Shown here piece by piece: positions 49,640-61,720 of a DNA stretch of 64,000 bases. Source of the DNA: Bugula neritina (lineage: Eukaryota > Animalia > Bryozoa); the NCBI GenBank assembly GCA_964035545.1, contig CAXIUT010000183.1, forward strand, positions 868,001-932,000. The letters run 5' to 3'. The position numbers and the translations under genes were made by a program. The number at the start of each line of letters is the position of its first letter. The stretch's first letter is position 1. The notes under the pieces are model-generated. The model had not been told where the DNA came from, made no database searches, and saw only the letters and a program-made list of their open reading frames with translations.

Positions 49640-52600
49640 TATACTGCAACATACCGAAATATATAGTAAACTACTGAAATATACTGTAACACATTGAAAA
49701 ATACTGCAACATACTGAAATACACTGCAACATACCTAAATATACGGTAATATACTGAAATATACTGTAACACACCGAAATATACTGCAACATACTGAAAT
49801 ACACTGTAACATACTGAAATATACTGCAACATACTGAAATACACTGCTACATACTGCAACATACTGCAACATACTGCAACATACTGAAATACACTGTAAC
49901 ATACTGAAATAAACTGCAACATACTACAACATATTGAAATACACTGCAACACATTGAAATATACTGCTACATACCTAAATATACGGTAATATACTGAAAT
50001 ATACTGTAACACATTGAAAAAACTGCAACATACTGAAATACACTGCAACGCACTGAAATACACCGCAAAATACTACAACATGCTGAAATACACTGTAACA
50101 TATTGAAATCCACTGCAACACATTGAAATATACTGCAACATACCGAAATATATGGTAAACTAATGAAATATACTGTAACACATTGAAAAATACCGCAACA
50201 TACTGAAATATACTGCGACACATTGCAATATACTGTAATAACTGAAAAATGCTGTAGCACACTGAAATATACTGCAATTCGCTGAAATATACTGCAACAT
50301 ACTGAAATACACCGCAACATCCTACAACATACTAAAATACACTGTAACATTTCGAAATACACTGCAACACATTAAATTATACTGCAACATAACGAAATAT
50401 ATGGTAAACTACTGAAATATATTTTAACAAATTGAAAAATACTGCAACATACTGAAATATACTGTAACACACTGAAGTATACTGCAACATACTGAAATAC
50501 ACTGTAACATACTGAAATATACTGCAACATACTGAAATGCACTGCTACATACTGAAATATACTGCAACGTACTGCAACATACTGCAACATACTGAAATAC
50601 ACTGTAACATACTGAAATACACTGCAACATACTACCACATATTGAAATACACTGCAACACATTGAAATGTACTGCAACATACCGAAATATATGGTAAACT
50701 ACTAAAATATACTGTAACACATTGAAATATACTGCAAAAAACCTAAATATACGGCAGTATACTGAAATATACTGTAACACGTGGAAAAAACTGCAACATA
50801 CTGAAATACGCTGCAACACACTGAAATACACCGCAAAATACCACAACATACTGAAATACACTGTGACATATAGAAATACACTGCAACACATTGAAATATA
50901 CTGCAACATACCGAAATATATGGTAAACTAATGAAATATACTGTAACACATTGAAAAATACCGCAACATACTTAAAAATACTGCGACACATTGCAATATA
51001 CTGTAACATACTGAAATATGCTGTAGCACACTGAAATACACTGCAACATCCTACAACATACTGAAATACACTGTAACATATTGAAATACACTGCAACACA
51101 TTGAAATATACTGCAACATAACAAAATATATGGTAAACTACTGAAATAGACTTTACCACATTGAAAAATACTGCAACATACTGAAATATACTGTAACACA
51201 CTGAAGTATACTGCAACATACTGAAATACACTGTAACATACTGAAATATACTGCAACATACTGAAATACACTGCTACATACTGAAATATACTGCAACGTA
51301 CTGCAACATACTCCAACATACTGAAAAACACTGTAACATACTGAAATACACTGCAACATACAACCACATATTGAAATACACTGCAACACATTGAAATGTA
51401 CTTCAACATACCGAAATATAAGGTAAACTACTAAAATATGCTGTAACATATTGAAAAATACTGCAACATACTGAAATATACTGCGACATTTAGCAATATA
51501 CTGTAACATACTGAAATATGCTTTAGCACACTGAAATACAATGCAACTTACTGAAATATACTGCAACATACTGAAGTACACTGCAACATCCTACAATATG
51601 CTGAAATACACTGTAACATATTGAATTACACTGCAACACTTTGAAATATACTGCAACATACTGAAATATATAGTAAACTACTGAAATATACTGTAACACA
51701 TTGAAAAATACTGCAACATACTGAAATATACTGCAACATACCTAAATATACGGTAATATACTGAAATATACTGTAACACACCGAAATATACTGCAACATA
51801 CTGAAATACACTGTAACATACTGAAATATACTGCAACATACTGAAATACACTGCTACATACTGCAACATACTGCAACATACTGCAACATACTGAAATACA
51901 CTGTAACATACTGAAATAAACTGCAACATACTACAACATATTGAAATACACTGCAACACATTGAAAGATACTGCTACATACCTAAATATACGGTAATATA
52001 CTGAAATATACTGTAACACATTGAAAAAACTGCAACATACTGAAATACACTGCAACGCACTGAAATACACCGCAAAATACTACAACATGCTGAAATACAC
52101 TGTAACATATTGAAATCCACTGCAACACATTGAAATATACTGCAACATACCGAAATATATGGTAAACTAATGAAATATACTGTAACACATTGAAAAATAC
52201 CGCAACATACTGAAATATACTGCGACACATTGCAATATACTGTAACATACTGAAAAATGCTGTAGCACACTGAAATATACTGCAATTCGCTGAAATATAC
52301 TGCAACATACTGAAATACACCGCAACATCCTACAACATACTAAAATACACTGTAACATTTCGAAATACACTGCAACACATTGAATTATACTGCAACATGA
52401 CGAAATATATGGTAAACTACTGAAATATATTTTAACAAATTGAAAAATACTGCAACATACTGAAATATACTGTAACACACTGAAGTATACTGCAACATAC
52501 TGAAATACACTGTAACGTACTGAAATATACTGCAACATACTGAAATACACTGCTACATACTGAAATATACTGCAACGTACTGCAACATACTGCAACATAC

Positions 52601-53660
52601 TGAAATACACTGTAACATACTGAAATACACTGCAACATACTACCACATATTGAAATACACTGCAACACATTGAAATGTACTGCAACATACCGAAATATAT
52701 GGTAAACTACTAAAATATACTGTAACACATTGAAATATACTGCAACATACCTAAATATACGGTAATATACTGAAATATACTGTAACACGTGGAAAAAACT
52801 GCAACATACTGAAATACGCTGCAACACACTGAAATACACCGCAAAATACCACAACATACTGAAATACACTGTGACATATAGAAATACACTGCAACACATT
52901 GAAATATACTGCAACATACCGAAATATATGGTAAACTAATGAAATATACTGTAACACATTGAAAAATACCGCAACATACTGAAAAATACTGCGACACATT
53001 GCAATATACTGTAACATACTGAAATATGCTGTAGCACACTGAAATACACTGCAACATCCTACAACATACTGAAATACACTGTAACATATTGAAATACACT
53101 GCAACACATTGAATTATACTGCAACATAACAAAATATATGGTAAACTACTGAAATAGACTTTAACACATTGAAAAATACTGCAACATACTGAAATATACT
53201 GTAACACACTGAAGTATACTGCAACATACTGAAATACACTGTAACATACTGAAATATACTGCAACATACTGAAATACACTGCTACATACTGAAATATACT
53301 GCAACGTACTGCAACATACTCCAACATACTGAAATACACTGTAACATACTGAAATACACTGCAACATACTACCACATATTGAAATACACTGCAACACATA
53401 GAAATGTACTTCAACATACCGAAATATAAGGTAAACTACTAAAATATGCTGTAACATATTGAAAAATACTGCAACATACTGAAATATACTGCGACACCTA
53501 GCAATATACTGTAACATACTGAAATATGCTCTAGCACACTGAAATACAATGCAACTTACTAAAATATACTGCAACATACTGAAGTACACTGCAACATCCT
53601 ACAATATGCTGAAATACACTGTAACATATTGAATTACACTGCAACACTTTGAAATATACT
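49640..53660. repeat. Diverged tandem duplication of ~2,008 bp
   Basis: ORF offsets are +2007/+2008 (49671/51678, 50424/52432, 51153/53161, 51626/53634). The copies differ by scattered substitutions and one 1-bp deletion near 50240. Boundaries are approximate. Confidence 0.85.
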
Positions 53661-54179
53661 GCAACATACCGAAATATATGGTAAACTACTGCAACATACT
53701 ACAACATATTGAAATACACTGCAACACATTGAAGTATACTGCAACATGCCTAAATATACGGTAATATACTGAAATATACTGTAACACACCGAAATATATT
53801 GCAACATACTGAAATACACTGTAACATACTGAAATATACTGCAACATACTGAAATACACTGCTACATACTGAAATATGCTGCAAAATACTACAACATACT
53901 GAAATAAACTGTAACATATTGAAATACACTGCAACAGATTGAAAAATACTGCAACATACTGAAATATACTGTAACACACTGAAATATACTGCAACATACT
54001 GAAATACACTGTAACATACTGAAGTATACTGCAACATACTGAAATACACTGCTACATACTGAAATATACTGCAACATACTGCAACATACTGCAATACACT
54101 GTAACATACTGAAATACACTGCAACATACTACAACATATTGAAATACACTGCAACACATTGAAATATACTGCAACATAA

Positions 54180-57100
54180 CGAAATATCCGGTAATGTACT
54201 GAAATTCACTGTAACGCATTGCAAAATACTGCAACATACTGAAATTCACTGCGACACACTGAAATACGCTGCAAAATACTACAACATACTGAAATAAACT
54301 GTAACATATTGAAATACACTGCAACAGATTGAAAAATACTGCAACATACTGAAATATACTGTAACACACTGAAATATACTGCAACATACTGAAATACACT
54401 GTAACATACTGAAGTATACTGCAACATACTGAAATACACTGCTACATACTGAAATATACTGCAACATACTGCAACATACTGCAATGCACTGTAACATACT
54501 GAAATACACTGCAACATACTACAACATATTGAAATACACTGCAACACATTGAAATATACTGCAACATAACGAAATATATGGTAAACTACTGAAATATATT
54601 TTAACACATTGAAAAATACTGCAACATACTGAAATATATTTTAACACATTGAAAAATACTGCAACATACTGAAATATACTGTAACACACTGAAGTATACT
54701 GCAACATACTGAAATACACTGTAACATACTGAAATATACTGCAACATACTGAAATACACTGCTACATACTGAAATATACTGCAACGTACTGCATCATACT
54801 CCAACATACTGAAATACACTGTAACATACTGAAATACACTGCAACATACTACCACATATTGAAATACACTGCAACACATTGAAATACACTGCAACTTACC
54901 GAATATATGGTAAACTACTGAAGTATACTGTAACGCATTGAAAAATACTGTAACATACTGAAATATATTGCTACACATTGCAATATACTGTAACATACTG
55001 AAAAATGCTGTAGCACACTGAAATATACTGCAATTCACTGAAATATACTGCAACATACTGAAATACACCGCAACATCCTACAACATACTGAAATACACTG
55101 TAACATATTGAAATACACTGCAACACATTGAGATATACTGCAACATATCGAAATATATGGTAAACTACTGAAATATATTTTAACAGATCGAAAAATACTG
55201 CAACATACTGAAATATATTTTAACACATTGAAAAATACTGCAACATACTGAAATATACTGTAACACACTGAAGTACACTGCAACTCACTGAAATATACTG
55301 CAATATACTGAAATACACTGCAACATCCTACAAAATGCTGAAATACACAGTAACATATTGAAATACACTGCAACACATTGAAATATACTGCAATATACCG
55401 AAATATATGGTAAACTACTGAAATATACTGTAACACATTGAAAAAAACTGCAACATACTGAAATATACTGCGACACCTAGCAATATACTGTAACATACTG
55501 AAATATGCTCTAGCACACTGAAATACAATGCAACTCACTGAAATATACTGCAACATACTGAAATACACTGCAACATCCTACAACATGCTGAAATACACTG
55601 TAACATTTTGAACGACACTGCAACACTTTGAAATATACTGCAACATACCGAAATATATGGTAAACTACTGCAACACACTACAACATATTGAAATACACTG
55701 CAACACATTGAAATATACTGCAACATACCTAAATATACTGCAACATACTGAAATACACTGTAACATACTGAAATATACTGACAAATACTGAAATACACTG
55801 CCACATACTGAAATATACTGCAACATACTGAAATATACTGTAACACACTAAAGTACACTGCAACTCACTGAAATATACTGCGATATACTGAAATACACTG
55901 CAACATCCTACAAAATGCTGAAATACACTGTAACATATTGAAATACACTGCAACACATTGAAATATACTGCAACATACCGAAATATATAGTAAACTACTG
56001 AAATATACTGTAACACATTGAAAAATACCGCAACATACTGAAATATTCTGCAACGTACGGCAACATACTCCAACATACTGAAATACACTGTAACATACTG
56101 AAATACACTGCAACATACTACCACATATTGAAATACACTGCAACACATTGAAATGTACTTCAACATACCGAAATATAAGGTAAACTACTAAAATATGCTG
56201 TAACATATTGAAAAATACTGCAACATACTGAAATATACTGCGACACCTAGCAATATACTGTAACATACTGAAATATGCTCTAGCACACTGAAATACAATG
56301 CAACTTACTGAAATATACTGCAACATACTGAAATACACTGCAACATCCTACAATATGCTGAAATACACTGTAACATATTGAAATACACTGCAACACTTTG
56401 AAATATACTGCAACATACCGAAATATATGGTAAACTACTGCAACATACTACAACATATTGAAATACACTGCAACACATTGAAGTATACTGCAACATACCT
56501 AAATATACGGTAATATACTGAAATATACTGTAACACATTGAAAAATCCTGCAACATACTGAAATATACTGTAACACACCGAAATATACCGCAACATACTG
56601 AAATACACTGTAACATACTGAAATATACTGCAACATACTGAAATACACTGCTACATACTGAAATATGCTGCAACATACTGCAACATACTGAAATACACTG
56701 TAACATACTGAAATGAACTGCAACATACTACAACATATTGAAATACACTACAACACATTGAAATATACTGCAACATACCTAAATATACGGTAATATACTG
56801 AAATTCACTGTAACGCATTGCAAAATACTGCAACATACTGAAATATATTGCGACACATTGCAATATACTGTAACATACTGAAAAATGCTGTAGCACACTG
56901 AAATATACTGCAATTCACTGAAATATACTGCAACATACTGAAATACACCGCAACATCCTACAACATACTGAAATACTTTGTAACATATTGAAATACACTG
57001 CAACACATTGAAATCTACTGCAACATAACGAAATATATGGTAAACTACTGAAATATATTTTAACACATTGAAAAATACTGCAACATACTGAAATATATTT

Positions 57101-60100
57101 TAACACATTGAAAAATACTGCAACATACTGAAATATACTGTAACACACTGAAGTACACTGCTACATACTGAAATATACTGCAACATACTGAAATATACTG
57201 TAACACACTGAAGTACACTGCAACTCACTGAAATATACTCCAATATACTGAAATACACTGCAACACATTGAAATACACTGCAACTTACCGGATATATGGT
57301 AAACTACTGAAATATACTGTAACGCATTGAAAAATACTCCAACATACTGAAATATATTGCGACACATTGCAATATACTGTAACATACTGAAAAATGCTGT
57401 AGCACACTGAAATATACTGCAATTCACTGAAATATACTGCAACATACTGAAATACACCGCAACATCCTACAACATACTGAACTACTTTGTAACATACTGA
57501 AATACACTGTAACATACTGAAATAAACTGCAACATACTACAACATATTGAAATACACTGCAACACATTGAAATATACTGCTACATACCTAAATATACGGT
57601 AATATACTGAAATATACTGTAACACATTGAAAAAACTGCAACATACTGAAATACACTGCAACGCACTGAAATACACCGCAAAATACTACAACATGCTGAA
57701 ATACACTGTAACATCTTGAAATCCACTGCAACACATTGAAATATACTGCAACATACCGAAATATATGGTAAACTAATGAAATATACTGTAACACATTGAA
57801 AAATACCGCAACATACTGAAATATACTGCGACACATTGCAATATACTGTAACATATTGAAATATGCTGTAGCACACTGAAATACACTGCAACATCCTACA
57901 ACATACTGAAATACACTGTAACATATTGAAATACACTGCAAGAAATTGAAATAGACTGCAACATAACAAAATATATGGTAAACTACTGAAATAGACTTTA
58001 ACACATTGAAAAATACTGCAACATACAGAAATATACTGTAACACACTGAAATATACTGCAACATACTGAAATACACTGTGACATCCTGAAATATACTGCA
58101 ACATTCTGAAATACACTGCTACATACTGAAATATACTGCAACATACTGCAACATACTGAAATACACTGCAACATACTACAACATACTGAAATACGCTGCA
58201 ACACATTGAAATATACTGCAACATACTGAAATACACAGCTACATACTGAAATATACTGCAACATACTGCAACATACTGAAATACACTGTAATATACTGAA
58301 ATAAACTGCAACATAGTACAACATATGGAAATACGCTGCAACACATTGAAATATACTGCAACATACTGAAATATATCGTAAACTACTGAAATATACTGTA
58401 ACACATTGAAAAAAACTGCAACATACTGAAATATACTGCGACACCTAGCAATATACTGTAACATACTGAAATATGCTCTAGTACACTGAAATACAATGCA
58501 ACTCACTGAAATATACTGCAACATACTGAAATACACTGCAACATACTGAAATATACTGCAACATACTGAAATACACTGCTACATACTGAAATATGCTGCA
58601 ACATACTGCAACATACTGAAATACACTGTAACATACTGAAATAAACTGCAACATACTACAACATATTGAAATACACTGCAACACATTGAAATATACTGCA
58701 ACATACCTAAATATCTGGTAATGTACTGAAATTCACTGTAACGCATTGCAAAATACTGCAACATACTGAAATTCACTGCGACACACTGAAATACGCTGCA
58801 AAATACTACAACATACTGAAATAAACTGTAACATATTGAAATACACTGCAACAGATTGAAAAATACTGCAACATACTGAAATATACTGTAACACACTGAA
58901 ATATACTGCAACATACTGAAATACACTGTAACATACTGAAGTATACTGCAACATACTGAAATACACTGCTACATACTGAAATATACTGCAACATACTGCA
59001 ACATACTGCAATACACTGTAACATACTGAAATACACTGCAACATACTACAACATATTGAAATACACTGCAACACATTGAAATATACTGCAACATAACGAA
59101 ATATATGGTAAACTACTGAAATATATTTTAACACATTGAAAAATACTGCAACATACTGAAATATATTTTAACACATTGAAAAATACTGCAACATACCTAA
59201 ATATACTGTAACACGCTGAAGTATACTGCAACATACTGAAATACACTGTAACATACTGAAATATACTGCAACATACTGAAATACACTGCTACATACTGAA
59301 ATATACTGCAACGTACTGCATCATACTCCAACATACTGAAATACACTGTAACATACTGAAATACACTGCAACATACTACCACATATTGAAATACACTGCA
59401 ACACATTGAAATACACTGCAACTTACCGAATATATGGTAAACTACTGAAGTATACTGTAACGCATTGAAAAATACTGTAACATACTGAAATATATTGCGA
59501 CACATTGCAATATACTGTAACATACTGAAAAATGCTGTAGCACACTGAAATATACTGCAATTCACTGAAATATACTGCAACATACTGAAATACACCGCAA
59601 CATCCTACAACATACTGAAATACACTGTAACATATTGAAATACACTGCAACACATTGAGATATACTGCAACATATCGAAATATATGGTAAACTACTGAAA
59701 TATATTTTAACAGATCGAAAAATACTGCAACATACTGAAATATATTTTAACACATTGAAAAATACTGCAACATACTGAAATATACTGTAACACACTGAAG
59801 TACACTGCAACTCACTGAAATATACTGCAATATACTGAAATACACTGCAACATCCTACAAAATGCTGAAATACACAGTAACATATTGAAATACACTGCAA
59901 CACATTGAAATATACTGCAATATACCGAAATATATCGTAAACTACTGAAATATACTGTAACACATTGAAAAAAACTGCAACATACTGAATTATACTGCGA
60001 CACCTAGCAATATACTGTTCTAATGTCCTTGTGTTATTAAATACCTTTGATGAAATAAACCAAACAAACAAACAAACAAACATACTGAAATATGCTCTAG

Positions 60101-61720
60101 CACACTGAAATACAATGCAACTCACTGAAATATACTGCAACATACTGAAATACACTGCAACATCCTACAACATGCTGAAATACACTGTAACATATTGAAC
60201 GACACTGCAACACTTTGAAATATACTGCAACATACCGAAATATATGGTAAACTACTGCAACACACTACAACATATTGAAATACACTGCAACACATTGAAA
60301 TATACTGCAACATACCTAAATATACTGCAACATACTGAAATACACTGTAACATACTGAAATACACTGCCACATACTGAAATATACTGCAACATACTGAAA
60401 TATACTGTAACACACTAAAGTACACTGCAACTCACTGAAATATACTGCAATATACTGAAATACACTGCAACATCCTACAAAATGCTGAAATACACTGTAA
60501 CATATTGAAATACACTGCAACACATTGAAATATACTGCAACATACCGAAATATATGGTAAACTACTGAAATATACTGTAACACATTGAAAAATACCGCAA
60601 CATACTGAAATATTCTGCAACGTACGGCAACATACTCCAACATACTGAAATACACTGTAACATACTGAAATACACTGCAACATACTACCACATATTGAAA
60701 TACACTGCAACACATTGAAATGTACTTCAACATACCGAAATATAAGGTAAACTACTAAAATTTGCTGTAACATATTGAAAAATACTGCAACATACTGAAA
60801 TATACTGCGACACCTAGCAATATACTGTAACATACTGAAATATGCTCTAGCACACTGAAATACAATGCAACTTACTGAAATATACTGCAACATACTGAAA
60901 TACACTGCAACATCCTACAATATGCTGAAATACACTGTAACATATTGAAATACACTGCAACACTTTGAAATATACTGCAACATACCGAAATATATGGTAA
61001 ACTACTGCAACATACTACAACATATTGAAATACACTGCAACACATTGAAGTATACTGCAACATACCTAAATATACGGTAATATACTGAAATATACTGTAA
61101 CACATTGAAAAATCCTGCAACATACTGAAATATACTGTAACACACCGAAATATACCGCAACATACTGAAATACACTGTAACATACTGAAATATACTGCAA
61201 CATACTGAAATACACTGCTACATACTGAAATATGCTGCAACATACTGCAACATACTGAAATACACTGTAACATACTGAAATGAACTGCAACATACTACAA
61301 CATATTGAAATACACTACAACACATTGAAATATACTGCAACATACCTAAATATACGGTAATATACTGAAATTCACTGTAACGCATTGCAAAATACTGCAA
61401 CATACTGAAATATATTGCGACACATTGCAATATACTGTAACATACTGAAAAATGCTGTAGCACACTGAAATATACTGCAATTCACTGAAATATACTGCAA
61501 CATACTGAAATACACCGCAACATCCTACAACATACTGAAATACTTTGTAACATATTGAAATACACTGCAACACATTGAAATATACTGCAACATAACGAAA
61601 TATATGGTAAACTACTGAAATATATTTTAACACATTGAAAAATACTGCAACATACTGAAATATATTTCAACACATTGAAAAATACTGCAACATACTGAAA
61701 TATACTGTAACACACTGAAG
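54180..61720. repeat. Non-adjacent duplicated ~3-kb block (~54180-57160 and ~58710-61720); the second copy carries the 60-bp insertion
   Basis: ORF offsets are +4527 (54206/58733, 55035/59562), then +4587 after the insertion (55535/60122), then +4567 after a 20-bp indel at ~55771-55790 (55865/60432, 56305/60872). Confidence 0.85.
60019..60078 (+). mobile_element. 60-bp non-satellite insertion, probable 3' end of a 5'-truncated non-LTR retroelement (CR1/L2-like LINE or partner SINE) with AATAAA and a (CAAA)n tail
   Basis: Insert TCTAATGTCCTTGTGTTATTAAATACCTTTGATGAAATAAACCAAACAAACAAACAAACA splits the monomer GCAATATACTGT^AACATACTG. AATAAA lies at 60054-60059 and (CAAA)5 at 60061-60080 runs into the target AACA. 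Empty paralogous sites are at 55491/55492 and 41641/41642. ORF 59562..60155 is 20 aa longer than its paralog 55035..55568. The insertion is seen directly; the element class is inference. Confidence 0.7.

Noticed and set aside
50722-50931. Single plus-strand ORF (69 aa)
   Set aside because: It is a chance stop-free run created by local variants and a 1-bp deletion. It starts at a TTG and is pure satellite translation.
60061-60082. (CAAA)n as a simple slippage microsatellite derived from the satellite's CAACA
   Set aside because: It is attached to ~40 nt of non-satellite sequence with AATAAA and is absent from the empty paralogs, so it arrived with the insertion.
59562-60155. In-frame 20-aa insertion in an ORF as evidence of a variable protein cassette or diversity-generating system
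   Set aside because: The host ORF is spurious. The frame is kept only because the insert is 60 bp, and no RT or template/variable repeat pair is present.
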